From assembly GCA_963833225.1 (NCBI GenBank), contig CAWHXD010000008.1, positions 480,001 through 544,000 of the forward strand: a DNA stretch of 64,000 bases. The letters are read 5' to 3'. The number at the start of each line of letters is the position of its first letter. Position 1 is the first letter of the stretch. The translations under genes and the position numbers were made by a program. The DNA is from an uncultured Chloroflexia bacterium. Its GTDB lineage: Bacteria > Chloroflexota > Limnocylindria > Limnocylindrales > CSP1-4. Positions 21,349 to 37,270 of the stretch are shown piece by piece. The notes beneath the pieces are model-generated. The model saw only the letters and a list, made by a program, of their open reading frames with translations. It had not been told where the DNA came from and ran no database searches.

Positions 21349-22458
21349 GTGACCACCCTCGCCCCCGCCAGGGACACCGCGAGCGTCCCGCTCGCTCGGC
21401 TCCGCGGCTTTCATCCCGGCTGGTACGGCGCGGTCATGGGCACCGCGATCATCGGCATCATCGCCTACCAGAACCCTGGCAACGTCGCCTCGCTCGCCGA
21501 CGCCGCCCGGGCGATCGGCGTCCTGATGGTGGGTCTCGCGGCGGTGCTCGCGATCGCGCTCGGCATCCCGTACGTGCTGCGCTGGCTCCGACACCCGGCC
21601 GAGGCTCGGGCGGACCTCAGAAACCCCGTCGCCGGGGCGCTGTACGGGACGTTCCCCGGCGGGCTCCTCGTCCTCGCGATCGGCATCGCCACGATCGGGC
21701 CGTCCGTCGCCGACGAGGGCGTCGTCGCGGCGGTCGTGGCCCTCCTCGCGATCGTCGGGATTGCCCTCGCCTTCATCCTCAGCGTCGCCTTCGCCGCCCT
21801 GCTGTTCGTGAGCCGCGGCGTCGAGGCCCAGACCGTGAACGGGGCGTGGTTCATCCCGCCGGTCGTGAACATCATCGTGCCGGTCGTGCTCGTGTCACTC
21901 GCGCCGCACGTCGCGGCCGCGGACCTCCCGGGCTTGCTCGTCGCCGGCTACGCGTTCTGGGGCATGGGATTCATGCTGTTCGTGCTCGTCGCATCCCTGC
22001 TCTACGATCGGCTCGTGTTCCACCCGCTGCCCGGCGCGCCGTTGGCGCCATCCCTGTGGATCGGGCTCGGTCCGGTCGGTGTCGGGAGCCTGGCCCTGGT
22101 TCGCCTTGCATCCGCGGGTGCTCCGACCTGGGGTGACGCGTCGGCCGTCGTCTCGGTGGTCTCCGCGATCGGGGCGACGGCGCTGTGGGGATTCGGGATC
22201 TGGTGGCTCGCCGCGGCGATCGTCCTGCTCGCCGCGTACCTGCGCCAGGCTCCCCTCCCCTACGGGCTCGGCTGGTGGGGGTTCACCTTCCCGCTCGGGG
22301 CCTTCACGGCAGCCACCCTCGCGCTGGCCCGTACCTGGCACGCCGGGTCGCTCGAAGCCCTCGCCGTGGTCCTGTTCGCCACCCTCGTCGGGTTCTGGGT
22401 GGTGGTGGCCGCAAGGTCCCTGATCGCCTTGAGGACCGGCGAGGTCTGGAGGCGATAA
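21349..22458 (+). CDS. TDT/SLAC1-family anion transporter (TehA/Mae1/Ssu1-like)
   Basis: HPGWYGAVMGTA, WFIPPV, LWIGLGP, WWGFTFPLG; about 10 TM. Confidence 0.9.
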   Translation: MTTLAPARDTASVPLARLRGFHPGWYGAVMGTAIIGIIAYQNPGNVASLADAARAIGVLMVGLAAVLAIALGIPYVLRWLRHPAEARADLRNPVAGALYGTFPGGLLVLAIGIATIGPSVADEGVVAAVVALLAIVGIALAFILSVAFAALLFVSRGVEAQTVNGAWFIPPVVNIIVPVVLVSLAPHVAAADLPGLLVAGYAFWGMGFMLFVLVASLLYDRLVFHPLPGAPLAPSLWIGLGPVGVGSLALVRLASAGAPTWGDASAVVSVVSAIGATALWGFGIWWLAAAIVLLAAYLRQAPLPYGLGWWGFTFPLGAFTAATLALARTWHAGSLEALAVVLFATLVGFWVVVAARSLIALRTGEVWRR

Positions 22459-22507
22459 CAGACACCCCGCGCTTGCGCCCGCGCCTGACGCGGGTGCACC
22501 CTCGCGG

Positions 22508-24811
22508 GTGATGGGCCACCCCGACGCCGTCCAGCCCGATCTCGATGCGATCCGAGCGATCGTTGCCGCGGCACGCCGGGAGGGCCGGTCCGCGCTCCTG
22601 GAGCCCGAGGGCCTTGCGCTCCTCGCGGCGGCCGGCCTCCCGGTCCCCCGGTGGCGGTTCCTTCGCATGGCCGCTGATCTCGACGGGCGAACGCTCGCCG
22701 ACCTGCCGGGCGACCGGGTGGTCGTGAAGCTCGTGGCGCGCGACCTCTCGCACAAGACCGAGATCGGCGGCGTGATGGTCGTGCCCCGGCGGCGATCCGC
22801 GGTCGCGAGCGCCATGGAGGACATGGGGGCGCGCTGGCGCGGGGGCGCGCAGCCGCCTGTCGAGGCGTCGGGCTCCCGGCCGGACGGCTACCTCATCGTC
22901 GAGCACGTGGCCCACGACGATGCCCTCGGCGGCGAGTTGCTCGTGTCGCTCCGCTGGACCGACGACTTCGGGCCGATCGTGAGCGTCGGCGCGGGCGGCA
23001 TCCACACCGAGGCCCTTGCCCGGGACCTCCGGCCGGGACGGGAGATCGCCATCGTCTCGCCCGCGCTCACGGCGCGCGACGAGATCGGGACGATCCTCCA
23101 GGCCGCGACCGCGGTCCGCCTCGCGACGACGTCCCAGCGCGGCCAGCCCGCCCGCCTGGCGCTCGACCACCTCGTGGGGCTCGTCCGGGTGCTGCTCGAG
23201 GTTGGCGCTGCGCTCCTCCCCGCGGACCTCCTGGAGCTGGAGGTCAACCCCGTCGCCGTGACGGCGGGCGGGCTCGTGGCGCTGGACGTCCTCGTGCAGC
23301 TCGGCACGGGACCCGCGCAGGCGCCGGCACCGCGGCCGATCCACAAGATCGCCCGGCTCCTCGCACCCCGCTCGATCGCGATCGTGGGTGTCTCGGGCGG
23401 GGCCAATCCCGGCCGGGTGATCCTTGGCAACCTGCTGCGCGAGGGGTATCCGCGCGACCAGATCACCGTGCTCAAACCGGGTCGCGACGAGCTCGACGGC
23501 GTGCGCTGCGTGCCCGACCTGCCGGCCCTCGCAGCCGTGGCCGGGAAGGTGGACCTGCTGGTCGTCGCGCTGTCCGCCGCGCAGGCCCCGGACCTCGTCG
23601 CGGCCTGTGTCGAGGGGGACCACGCGGAGAGCCTGATCGTGATCCCCGCCGGGTTCGAGGAGAAGGAGGGCGGCGACGAACGGGCATCGCGCATGCGCGC
23701 GGCGGTGGCCGAGGCGAGGCGGAGCCAGAACGGCGGTCCACTGATCAACGGCGGCAACTGCCTGGGCATCCGATCGCGACCGGGGCGCTACGACACGCTG
23801 TTCATCCCGGCCTGGAAGCTGCCGACCGGCGGCGCCCCGGCGCCGATCGCCCTCGTCACCGGCAGCGGCGCGTTCGCGGTCACCCGCCTGTCCCGGCTCG
23901 GCCACCTGGATCCGCGGTACGTGATCACGGTGGGCAACCAGATGGACCTGACCGTGGGCGACTACCTCGCGCATTTCGTGGACGATCCCGTCACCCGGGT
24001 GATCGGCGTCTACGTGGAGGGGTTCGGCCCGCTCGACGGTGCCCGGTTCCTCGCCGCGGCGGCCGAGATCACGGCCCAGGGCCGGGCCGTCGTCCTGTAT
24101 CGCGCCGGGCGAACGTCGGCCGGAGCCCGGGCGTCGGCCAGCCACACGGCGTCGATCGCGGGCGACGCCGTCGTGACGCGTGAGCTTGCGGCCCAGGCCG
24201 GCGTCGCGTGGGCGGACACGCCGGCCACGTTCGATGACCTCGTCCGCGCCTTCACCCTGCTCGACGGGCGGCGTCCCGCCGGCCGGCGCCTGGGGGCGCT
24301 CACCAATGCGGGCTCGGAGTGCGTGACCATCGCGGACCACTTGGGGTGGCTGACCCTGGCACCCTTCGCGCCCCCGACGGAGGAGCGCCTCGCGGCCGTG
24401 CTCGGGGCGGCCGGCATCACCTCGGTCGTCGACGTCCACAACCCGATCGACCTGACCCCGATCGCGGGCGCCGAGGTCTACGAGGCGGTGGCCCGGATCG
24501 TCCTCGATGCGGACGAGGTGGACCTCGGCCTGGTCGGGATCGTCCCGGTGACGGACACGCTCGACGCGCTCCCGCCGGGTCCCGGGCACGGCGAGGACCT
24601 GGCGCGTCCGGGGGCGATCGCCGATCGCCTGGTGGCCACCTGGCGGGCGACCACCAAGCCGTGGGTGCTGGTGGCGGATGTCGGGCCGCTCTACGACCCG
24701 TTCATCGAGCGGCTCGACGCGGCCGGTATCCCCACGTTCCGGACGGCGGACGTGGCGACGCGCGCGCTCGGCGCGTGGTGCGACGTGATGCTCGGGCGGC
24801 GGCGCCCCTGA
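22508..24811 (+). CDS. ADP-forming acyl-CoA synthetase (acetate-CoA ligase family), ATP-grasp domain first
   Basis: HKTEIGGV, FGPIVSVGAGG, LEVNP; then PRSIAIVGVS, GGNCLG, ASHTAS (phospho-His), NPIDLT. Confidence 0.88.
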   Translation: MMGHPDAVQPDLDAIRAIVAAARREGRSALLEPEGLALLAAAGLPVPRWRFLRMAADLDGRTLADLPGDRVVVKLVARDLSHKTEIGGVMVVPRRRSAVASAMEDMGARWRGGAQPPVEASGSRPDGYLIVEHVAHDDALGGELLVSLRWTDDFGPIVSVGAGGIHTEALARDLRPGREIAIVSPALTARDEIGTILQAATAVRLATTSQRGQPARLALDHLVGLVRVLLEVGAALLPADLLELEVNPVAVTAGGLVALDVLVQLGTGPAQAPAPRPIHKIARLLAPRSIAIVGVSGGANPGRVILGNLLREGYPRDQITVLKPGRDELDGVRCVPDLPALAAVAGKVDLLVVALSAAQAPDLVAACVEGDHAESLIVIPAGFEEKEGGDERASRMRAAVAEARRSQNGGPLINGGNCLGIRSRPGRYDTLFIPAWKLPTGGAPAPIALVTGSGAFAVTRLSRLGHLDPRYVITVGNQMDLTVGDYLAHFVDDPVTRVIGVYVEGFGPLDGARFLAAAAEITAQGRAVVLYRAGRTSAGARASASHTASIAGDAVVTRELAAQAGVAWADTPATFDDLVRAFTLLDGRRPAGRRLGALTNAGSECVTIADHLGWLTLAPFAPPTEERLAAVLGAAGITSVVDVHNPIDLTPIAGAEVYEAVARIVLDADEVDLGLVGIVPVTDTLDALPPGPGHGEDLARPGAIADRLVATWRATTKPWVLVADVGPLYDPFIERLDAAGIPTFRTADVATRALGAWCDVMLGRRRP

Positions 24812-24831
24812 CGGCCCCGACCCGGGCCCGG

Positions 24832-24860
24832 TTGACAGCCCGGAGCACCCACCATACGGT
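24832..24860 (+). promoter_or_regulatory. Sigma70-type promoter of the glgX-treYZ operon
   Basis: TTGACA-17 bp-TACGGT. Confidence 0.65.
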
Positions 24861-24992
24861 CAGCGTCGCCACATCACCGATCGACCGCGCCTCGGACACC
24901 AGGCGCCGTCAGACCCCAGAGGTCCCCCCGATCCCAGCCCTGCTCACCCAGCCGATCCGTCCCTGGCGCCGCATGCCCGCGAGGCTCACCAG

Positions 24993-27109
24993 ATGACCAC
25001 CGAACGCGTCGTCTGGGCCGGCCTCCCCTACCCGCTCGGAGCCACCTACGCGGGCTGGGGAACCAACTTCGCGCTGTTCTCCGAGGTCGCCGAGCGCGTG
25101 GAGCTGTGCCTGTTCGACGACGACGGCATCGAGACGCGGATCGAGATGCCCGAATCGACGGGATACGTCTGGCACGCCTACCTGCCGCGCGTCGGCGGCG
25201 GGCAACGCTACGGGTATCGGGTCCATGGCCCATGGGACCCGTCGAACGGGCTGCGCTGCAATCCGGCCAAGCTGCTGCTTGACCCGTACGCCAAGGCGAT
25301 CGAGGGAAGTGTCGCCTGGGATGAGGCCGTCTTCCCGTACCACTTCGATAATCCCGACGGGTCGCGCAACGACGCCGACAGCGCCCCGTTCGTCCCGCGC
25401 TCGGTCGTGGTCGATCCCGACTTCGACTGGGAGGGCGATCGTCCGCCCCACCACCCACCCAACCAGACGGTCATCTACGAGGTTCACGTCAAGGGCTTCA
25501 CGGCGCGCCACCCGGGGATCCCCGACGAGCTGCGCGGCACGTACGCGGGCCTCGCCCACCCGGTGTCCATCGAGTACCTCAAGCGCCTGGGCGTGACGGC
25601 GGTGGAGCTGATGCCCGTCCACCAGTTCATCCACGACTGCTCACCTCGCGGACCGCGGCCTGCGCAACTACTGGGGCTACAACTCGATCGGCTTCCTCGC
25701 CCCGCACAACGGCTACGCGGCGAACCCCCGCGGCGGGAGCCAGGTGGCCGAGTTCAAGGCGATGGCGCGGGCGCTCCACGCGGCCGACATCGAGGTCATC
25801 CTCGATGTCGTCTACAACCACACAGCCGAGGGCAACCACCTCGGACCGATGCTGTCGATGAAGGGCATCGACAATCCCGCCTACTACCGGCTGATGTCCG
25901 ACCGGCGCCACTACATGGACTACACGGGCACCGGGAACACGCTCAACGTGCGCCACCCGCACAGCCTCCAGCTGATCATGGACAGCCTGCGCTACTGGAT
26001 CCGCGAGATGCACGTTGACGGCTTCCGGTTCGACCTCGCGGCCGCCCTTGCCCGCGAGCTGCACGAGGTGGACCGCCTGTCGGCCTTCTTCGACCTCATC
26101 CAGCAGGATCCGACCGTCAACGAGGTGAAGCTCATCGCCGAGCCTTGGGACGTGGGCGAGGGTGGCTACCAGGTGGGCAACTTCCCGCCCCAGTGGGCCG
26201 AGTGGAACGGGCGCTACCGCGACACGATCCGCGACTTCTGGCGAGGCAGCCCGGAGCCGCTCGCCGATGTCGGCTACCGGCTCACGGGCTCGTCCGACCT
26301 CTATGCCTCGAACGGCCGGCGGCCGTACGCGAGCGTGAACTTCATCACGGCCCACGACGGGTTCACGCTGGCGGACCTCGTGGCCTACGAGCACAAGCAC
26401 AACGAGGCCAACGGCGAGGACAATCGCGACGGCGAGTCCTACAACCGGTCCTGGAACCACGGGACCGAGGGCCCGACCGAGGACGAGGCGATCATGGCGG
26501 CCCGGTTGCGGGACCAGCGGGGGCTGCTGGCCACGCTGTTCCTCTCGCAGGGCGTGCCGATGCTCCTCGGCGGGGACGAGATCGGCCGGACGCAGCGGGG
26601 CAACAACAACGGCTACGCGCAGGACAACGAGCTCTCGTGGTTCGACTGGGAGGCCGCCGACCAGGACCTGCTGGCGTTCACGCGCCGGCTGATCGCCTTC
26701 CGCCAGGCCCACCAGGCGTTCCGCCGCCGGCGGTGGTTCCAGGACCGCCCGATCCACGGCGAGGAGGCCCGGGAGATCGCCTGGTACGCGCCGGATGGGA
26801 CGGAGATGGGCCACGGGCACTGGAACGATCCGGTCGAAGCGGGGCTCGGGGTGTTCCTCTCGGGCGAAGGGCTGGTGGACGTCCACGGGCTGCCCGTGAG
26901 CGACGACTCGTTCTTCCTGGCGTTCAACACGGGCTGGGAGCCACGACGCTTCAAGGTCCCCACTGCCGAAACGGCCCGTTCGTGGCAGCCTGGTCCTGGA
27001 CACGGCGTCCGCGCGCCCGTTCCCCGATCGGGGCCGGCGGATCCGCGCCGGCGGCGCGGTGACCGTCGAGCCGCGGACCGTGGTCGTCCTCCGGGGGCTC
27101 CCGGCGTGA
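24993..27109 (+). CDS. glgX: Glycogen debranching enzyme GlgX/TreX (frameshifts near 25638 and 26988)
   Basis: [60 protein letters not shown]; restored C-term WQLVLDT...VEPRTVVVL* overlaps the treY start. Confidence 0.92.
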
Positions 27110-29814
27110 CGCGGCGGCCCGAGGCCCCGCGCGCCGTGCCGCGCGCGACCTACCGAATCCAGCTGCGTCCGTCGTTCGGGTTCGACGCGGCCGCGGCCAT
27201 CGCCCCCTACCTCGAACGACTGGGCGTCAGCCACGCGTACTCGTCGCCGATCCTCCAGGCGGCACCGGGCAGCGAGCATGGCTACGACGTGGTGGACCCG
27301 CACCGGGTCAACGCGGAGCTGGGCGGCGATACGGCGCACCGCGCGTTCGGCCGCCGCCTCGCGCGGCACCACCTGGGCCACGTCATCGACATCGTGCCCA
27401 ACCACATGGCGGTCTCCGGGGCGGAGAACCCGTGGTGGTGGGACGTCCTGGAGAACGGGCCGTCGAGCCGCTATGCGCGCTACTTCGACGTGGACTGGGA
27501 CCCGCCCGAGTCGTACCTGCGCAACCTCGTCCTGCTGCCCATCCTCGGTGACCACTATGGCCGCGTCCTCGAGGCCGGCGAGCTCCGGCTGGTCCGCGAC
27601 GGCGGCTCGTTCGTGGTTGCCTACCACGACCACCGGGTGCCGGTCTCCCCGACCGCGCTCGACGGCCTGGTCGCGGCAGCGGGGCGGCGGACCGGGTCGG
27701 ACGATCTCGCCTTCATCGGTGGTGCGCTCGGGCGGCTTCCCCCGTCCACGGCGCTCGACAGGGCGAGCGTGAACCGGCGGCATCGCGACAAGGAGGTCCT
27801 CCGGTCCCAGCTCGCGCGGCTCGCGTCCGAGCGGCCGGAGATCGAGCGCGCGCTCGACGCGGAGGTCGCCGCCACGAACGCGCACCCCGACGCGCTCGAC
27901 GCGATCCTCTCCCGCCAGAACTACCGCCTCGCCCACTGGCGCGCCGCCGTCCGGGATCTCGGCTACCGCCGGTTCTTCGATGTGACCGGGCTGATCGGCA
28001 TGCGGATGGAAGACCCGGACGTGTTCGCGGAGACGCACGCGCTGGTCCTGCGCTGGATCCGCGACGGGGTGATCGACGGGATCCGGGTCGACCACCCCGA
28101 CGGGCTGCGCGATCCCGCCGAGTACTTCCGGCGCCTCCGGGAGGCGTCGCCCCGCGGCTGGATCGTCGCCGAGAAGATCCTCGAGGGCCGCGAGCGCCTG
28201 CGGGCGGACTGGACGGTCGACGGCACCACGGGCTACGAGTTCCTCAACCTGGTCGGCGGCCTGTTCGTCGATCCCGACGGCGAGGCGCCGATGACGGCGG
28301 CCTACGCCGCGTTCACCGGGCTCGAGGACGACCTCGCGTCGGTCGTGCGCGAGTCGAAGCTCGCGGTCCTGAGCGAGAACCTCGGCAGCGAGCTGAACCG
28401 CCTGACCGCCCTCCTCCTCGAGATCTGCGAGAGCCACCGCCGTCATCGCGACTACACCCGCCACGACTGCCACGAGGTGCTCCGGGAGCTCGCGGTCGTA
28501 TTCCCGCGCTACCGCACCTACGTGCGCGCGGAGGCCGGCGAGATCGCCCACGAGGACCTGGTCACGATCGCCGCGGCCGTCAAGGACGCGATCGCCGCGA
28601 GGCCCGACCTGGACCCGGTGCTCGTCCGCTTCGTGGGCGACATCCTGGCGCTCCGGGTCCGCGGGCCGGGTGAATCCGAGCTCGTGATGCGCTTCCAGCA
28701 GCTCACCGGCGCGGTCATGGCCAAGGGCGTCGAGGACACCGCCTTCTACCGCTACCACCGGCTCACCTCGCTCAACGAGGTCGGCGGGAACCCGGCGCGG
28801 TTCGGCGTGAGCGTGGCGGACTTCCACCGCGCCAACGCCGCCCGGCTCGCGACCACGCCCAACGCCATGCTGACCACCAGTACCCACGACACCAAGCGCG
28901 CCGAGGACGTGCGGGCGCGGATCCACGTGCTCTCGGAGATGCCCAGGGACTGGGCGTCGGCCGTCGAGCGGTGGTCGACGCGGCTCGCGCGCTACCGAAC
29001 GGCCGACGCGCCCGACCGGAACGCCGAGTACCTGCTGTACCAGACGCTCGTCGGGACGTGGCCGATCGAGCCCGAGCGCCTCGACGCGTACCTGCTCAAG
29101 GCGGTCCGCGAGGCCAAGGTCCGCACCTCGTGGTCCGCACCGGACGAGGCCTACGAGGCGGCGCTGGCGTCATTCGCGGCGCGGGCGATCGCGGATCGGC
29201 CGTTCCTCGCGGACCTCGAGGCCTTCCTGCCCGCGGTCATCGCGGCGGGGCGGGTCGGCACGATCGCCCAGACGCTGCTCAAGCTGACGGTGCCCGGCGT
29301 GCCCGACACCTACCAGGGCGCCGAGCTGTGGGACCTGAGCCTCGTCGACCCCGACAACCGGCGGCCGGTCGATTTCGAGCGACGGGCGCGCGTCCTCGAC
29401 CTCGTGACGGGCGCATCGCCGGAGGCCGTGCTCGACGAGATGGACGAGGGCTGGCCAAAGCTGTGGACCATCGCGCGGACCCTTGAGCTGCGCCGGCTCC
29501 GGCCCGCGCTGTTCGGCGAGGACGCGTCCTACCGCCCGCTGAAGATCGCCGGCACCCGGGCGCAGCGCCTCATCGGGTTCACCCGCCGCGATGCCGTCGC
29601 GGTGGTTGTGCCTCGCCTGGTCCATGGCCTTGGCGGGCCGGCCTGGGGTGACCCGAAGACGTGGGGCCGGACGAGCGTCGCGCTCCCGGCCGGTGTGTGG
29701 ACCAGCGTCCTCGGCGGTGGCGACATCATCGAGGGTGGTCGGAACGTGCCCGTGGCCACGCTGCTGGCCCGGTTCCCCGTGGCCCTGCTCACCCAGGCCG
29801 GGCCGGAGGCGTGA
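27106..29814 (+). CDS. treY: Malto-oligosyltrehalose synthase
   Basis: [60 protein letters not shown]. Confidence 0.95.
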   Translation: MTRRPEAPRAVPRATYRIQLRPSFGFDAAAAIAPYLERLGVSHAYSSPILQAAPGSEHGYDVVDPHRVNAELGGDTAHRAFGRRLARHHLGHVIDIVPNHMAVSGAENPWWWDVLENGPSSRYARYFDVDWDPPESYLRNLVLLPILGDHYGRVLEAGELRLVRDGGSFVVAYHDHRVPVSPTALDGLVAAAGRRTGSDDLAFIGGALGRLPPSTALDRASVNRRHRDKEVLRSQLARLASERPEIERALDAEVAATNAHPDALDAILSRQNYRLAHWRAAVRDLGYRRFFDVTGLIGMRMEDPDVFAETHALVLRWIRDGVIDGIRVDHPDGLRDPAEYFRRLREASPRGWIVAEKILEGRERLRADWTVDGTTGYEFLNLVGGLFVDPDGEAPMTAAYAAFTGLEDDLASVVRESKLAVLSENLGSELNRLTALLLEICESHRRHRDYTRHDCHEVLRELAVVFPRYRTYVRAEAGEIAHEDLVTIAAAVKDAIAARPDLDPVLVRFVGDILALRVRGPGESELVMRFQQLTGAVMAKGVEDTAFYRYHRLTSLNEVGGNPARFGVSVADFHRANAARLATTPNAMLTTSTHDTKRAEDVRARIHVLSEMPRDWASAVERWSTRLARYRTADAPDRNAEYLLYQTLVGTWPIEPERLDAYLLKAVREAKVRTSWSAPDEAYEAALASFAARAIADRPFLADLEAFLPAVIAAGRVGTIAQTLLKLTVPGVPDTYQGAELWDLSLVDPDNRRPVDFERRARVLDLVTGASPEAVLDEMDEGWPKLWTIARTLELRRLRPALFGEDASYRPLKIAGTRAQRLIGFTRRDAVAVVVPRLVHGLGGPAWGDPKTWGRTSVALPAGVWTSVLGGGDIIEGGRNVPVATLLARFPVALLTQAGPEA

Positions 29815-31631
29815 GCGACCGCTCGACGCGTGCCGGAGCGCCGCCGGTGGTCCGGGTGTGGGCTCCCGCGGCGGACCGGGTCGAGATCGTCCTCGGGACG
29901 GATGCGGCCGACGCCACTGGCCCGGAGGCCGCGGTGCGGCGCCCGATGGATGCCGCTGGAGGCGGCTGGTGGACCGGGCGCTGGTCCGATGTCCGCGCAG
30001 GTGCGGCCTATCGGTTCTCGCTGGACGGCGGTCCCCCGCTTCCCGATCCGCGATCGGCCTGGCAGCCGGACGGCGTCCACGGTCCGTCGCGGCTGGTGGA
30101 CCACGCCGCGATGCGCTGGACGGACGCGGACTGGCAGCCTGGCCCGCTCTCGGACGCCGTGATCTACGAGCTCCACGTGGGCACCTTCACCCCGGCGGGG
30201 ACGTTCGACGGGGTCGTGGACCGCCTCGATCACCTGGCCGGTCTCGGCGTCACCCACGTCGAGCTCATGCCCGTGAACGCGTTCCCGGGCCGCGACGGCT
30301 GGGGCTACGACGGCGTGGCGCTGTTTGCGCCCCACGAGCCGTATGGCGGGCCGGACGGGCTGAAGCGGCTCGTTGACGCGTGCCATGCGCACGGGATGGC
30401 CGTGCTGCTCGACGTCGTCTACAACCACCTGGGGCCGGACGGCAACTACACCGGGGCGTACGGCCCCTACCAGACCGACCGGTACCGGACCCCGTGGGGT
30501 GCCGCAGTCAACCTCGACGGCGCGGGCAGCGACGAGATCCGCCGGTTCTTCATCGACAACGCGCTGATGTGGCTTGGCGACTACCACATCGACGGCCTCC
30601 GGATCGACGCCGTGCACGCCCTCGTGGATACGTCGGCGACCCATCTCCTCGAGCAGATGGCCACCGAGGTCCGCGCCCTGTCGCTGGAGATCGGTCGCGA
30701 CCTCGTCCTGATCGCGGAGAGCGACCTCAACGATCCGCGCCTCGTGCGCTCGCCCGGGGCCGGCGGGTACGACCTCGACGCCACCTGGGTCGACGACCTC
30801 CACCACGCGATCCACGTTGCGCTGACCGGCGAGCGGAGCGGCTACTACGAGGACTTCACGGGGCTGCCCGACATCGCGCGGGCGATGACCGACATCTACG
30901 TCTATGCGGGCCGCCATTCCGCGCATCGCGACCGCGTCCACGGCCGGGCCGCGGACGGCCTCGAGCCGGGGCGGTTCGTGGGGTTCAGCCAGAACCACGA
31001 CCAGGTCGGCAACCGAGCCCTCGGGGAGCGGCTGGAGCATCTCGCCGGGTTCGACGCCGCGATGGTCGCCGCCACGCTCGTCCTCGCCGGTCCGTTCGTG
31101 CCGCTCCTGTTCCAGGGCGAGGAGTGGGCGGCGTCGACGCCGTTCCGCTACTTCACGGACCATGAGGGTCCGGAGCTCGCGAGCGCGGTCAGCGCCGGCC
31201 GGCGCCGCGAGTTCGCGTCGTTCGGCTGGGCCCCGGAGGACGTCCCCGACCCGCAGGACCCGGCGACGCTGGCACGGTCCCGGCTCGACTGGTCCGAGGT
31301 CGCGGCACCCCGGCACGCCCGAATGCTGGACTGGTATCGGCGGCTGATCGCCCTGCGTCGTGAGCATCCCGGCCTCCGGGACGGCCGGCGGCCCAACGTC
31401 CGAGTCGACGTCGAGGCCGGCTGGATCGCGCTCGACCGCGATGGCGTCTCGGTCGTGGCGAACCTCGGGAGCGCGGCCGTGACGGTGCCCTGGCCCGGGA
31501 GCGCCGGGAACGCCCGGTGGCGGGTCGCGGCGGGATCCAGGGAACCGGTGGTGACCGGCGACAACGGCATCGGCCTGCCCCCGCTCACCACCGCGATCGT
31601 TGTCGCGGACGCCTCGCCCGACCGCGGTTGA
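29811..31631 (+). CDS. treZ: Malto-oligosyltrehalose trehalohydrolase
   Basis: [45 protein letters not shown]; GTGA overlap with treY. Confidence 0.95.
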   Translation: MSDRSTRAGAPPVVRVWAPAADRVEIVLGTDAADATGPEAAVRRPMDAAGGGWWTGRWSDVRAGAAYRFSLDGGPPLPDPRSAWQPDGVHGPSRLVDHAAMRWTDADWQPGPLSDAVIYELHVGTFTPAGTFDGVVDRLDHLAGLGVTHVELMPVNAFPGRDGWGYDGVALFAPHEPYGGPDGLKRLVDACHAHGMAVLLDVVYNHLGPDGNYTGAYGPYQTDRYRTPWGAAVNLDGAGSDEIRRFFIDNALMWLGDYHIDGLRIDAVHALVDTSATHLLEQMATEVRALSLEIGRDLVLIAESDLNDPRLVRSPGAGGYDLDATWVDDLHHAIHVALTGERSGYYEDFTGLPDIARAMTDIYVYAGRHSAHRDRVHGRAADGLEPGRFVGFSQNHDQVGNRALGERLEHLAGFDAAMVAATLVLAGPFVPLLFQGEEWAASTPFRYFTDHEGPELASAVSAGRRREFASFGWAPEDVPDPQDPATLARSRLDWSEVAAPRHARMLDWYRRLIALRREHPGLRDGRRPNVRVDVEAGWIALDRDGVSVVANLGSAAVTVPWPGSAGNARWRVAAGSREPVVTGDNGIGLPPLTTAIVVADASPDRG

Positions 31632-31657
31632 CATCCCTCACGGACGTGGCCTAGGGT
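31628..31657 (+). promoter_or_regulatory. Sigma70-type promoter for glgE-treS
   Basis: TTGACA-18 bp-TAGGGT. Confidence 0.5.
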
Positions 31658-31696
31658 CAGGCTTGGCAGGGGCCCATCCATCCACGCGTCCTGGCC

Positions 31697-33771
31697 GTGC
31701 CGGTCCACCGACAGCCCCGGGAGGTTCCCATCTCCGACCACGCACGCGCCCAGCAAGCCGCCACAGCCTCCGCGGGCGCCTCCGCCGCCGGGGCCGGCGA
31801 CCTCCCCGTGGACGGGCGGCGGCGCGCGGTCGTCGAGAGCCTCACCCCGCGCGTTGACGGCGGCCGCTTCCCCGCCAAGCGGACCCTGGGTGACACCGTC
31901 GTCGTCGAGGCCGACGCGTTTGCCGATGGCCATGACGTGGTCGTGGCCATCCTCCGCCACCGCCCGCCCGGCGCGACCCAGTGGATCGAGATCCCGATGG
32001 AGGCGCTCGGCGGCGACCGGTGGCGCGCCTCGTTCAAGGTCGGGATCCTGGGCCGCCACGCGTTCACCGTGGCCGCCTGGACCGACGCGTGGGCAACGTG
32101 GCACCGCGATCTCCGGAAGCGCCTCGATGCCGGACAGGACGTCGGCGTGGACCTCCAGATCGGCGCCGCGCTCGTCGATGGTGCCGCGAGCCGCGCCAGG
32201 ACCGCCGGCGCCAGGGCCGACGCGAAGGCGCTCGAGAGCTGGGGGGCCGCGCTCCGCAGCGAGCACCATCGCGGCGATCGCGCCGGCCGGGCGCTCGACG
32301 AGGTGCTGGACCGGTTGATGCGCACCCACGCCGACCGCACCCACGAGACGCGCTTCGAGCCCACCCTCGAGATCGCCGTCGAGCCGGAGCTCGCCCGCTT
32401 CTCCACCTGGTACGAGCTGTTCCCACGGTCCGCCTCGCCGGACCCGAAGCGTCACGGCACGTTCAAGGACGTGGCCAAGCGACTCCCCTACCTCGCCGAT
32501 CTCGGCTTCGACGTGCTCTATCTGCCGCCGATCCACCCGATCGGAACGACGTTCCGCAAGGGCCCCAACAACGCCACCCAGGCAGGCCCCGGTGATCCGG
32601 GCGTGCCCTGGGGGATCGGCTCGCCCGACGGCGGTCACCAGGCGATCCACCCCGAGCTGGGCACGCTCCGGGACTTCCGCGCCCTCGTCGCCGCCGCCGA
32701 GAAGCGGGGCATCGCCGTCGCGCTCGACATCGCCTTCCAGGCCTCACCCGATCACCCCTGGGTGGCGGAGCACCCGACCTGGTTTCGGCATCGCCCCGAC
32801 GGCACGGTGCAGTACGCGGAGAACCCGCCCAAGAAATACCAGGACATCTACCCGTTCGACTTCGAATCGGTGGACTGGCCGGGCCTGTGGGCGGCGCTCG
32901 AGGGCGTCTTCCGCTACTGGATCGCCCAGGGCGTCCACGTGTTCCGCGTCGACAACCCCCACACGAAGGCGTTCCCGTTCTGGGAGTGGGCCATCGGGCG
33001 CATCAAGGCCGACCACCCCGAGATCGTGTTCCTCGCGGAGGCGTTCACCCGGCCCAAGGTCATGTACCGGCTCGGGAAGCTCGGCTTCACCCAGTCGTAC
33101 ACCTACTTCACGTGGCGGACCCGGAAGGACGAGCTGGGCGAGTACCTCGAGGAGCTGTCCACGCCACCGGTCTCGGACTTCTTCGGGCCCAACTTCTGGC
33201 CAAACACGCCGGACATCCTCCATGCCTCGCTCCAGGAGGGTGGTCGTCCGATGTTCCAGGCGCGCTACGTGCTGGCCGCGATGTCGATGCCCAGCATCGG
33301 CATCTACGGCCCTGCCTACGAGCTGGGCGTCAACACGCCGCGCGAGCCAGGCAGCGAGGAGTACTTCGACTCCGAGAAGTACCAGCAGCGGACCTGGAAC
33401 CTCGACGACCCGGTGAGCATTGCCCCCCTCATCCGGCGCGTCAACGAGATCCGCCGCGACCACCCCGCGCTGCAGCAGACCGTCGGGCTGGCGCTCCAGC
33501 CAATCGACGACGAGCAGCTCATCGCCTGGTCGAAGCGGACGGACGACCGCTCGGACCGGGTGGTCACGATCGTGAGCCTCGACCCGGCCGAGGTGCGTCG
33601 GGCGACCCTCGAGCTCGAAACCTACGACCTGTGGCTCGACCCCGGGCGCCCGATCGAGGCCGAGGATCTGCTGACCGGCGACGTGGTCCGCTTCAGCGGC
33701 AACCGGCTGGAGGTCGAGATCGACCCGTCCACGATGCCGGCGAGGATCCTGCACATCCGCGGGCAGGCCTG

Positions 33772-33772
<1 letters not shown>
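31697..33772 (+). CDS. glgE: Alpha-1,4-glucan:maltose-1-phosphate maltosyltransferase
   Basis: [52 protein letters not shown]. Confidence 0.95.
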
Positions 33773-37134
<3,362 letters not shown>

Positions 37135-37270
37135 GCCGACCGCCGGCGGGGATCGCCCAGCTGTCACCAGCCGCCGCGCCGCCCGATCATCGCGTACGCT
37201 GGGTCTCCACCCTCGTGACGGCATCGTGGGCGCACGGGCAACGACAGGGAGAATCGCAAACGGTGCACGG

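Noticed and set aside
25744-29814. Apparent 1356-aa GlgX-TreY fusion
   Set aside because: Removing one base near 26988 restores the normal GlgX ending with TGA at 27107-27109 overlapping the treY GTG; the fusion is an indel artefact.
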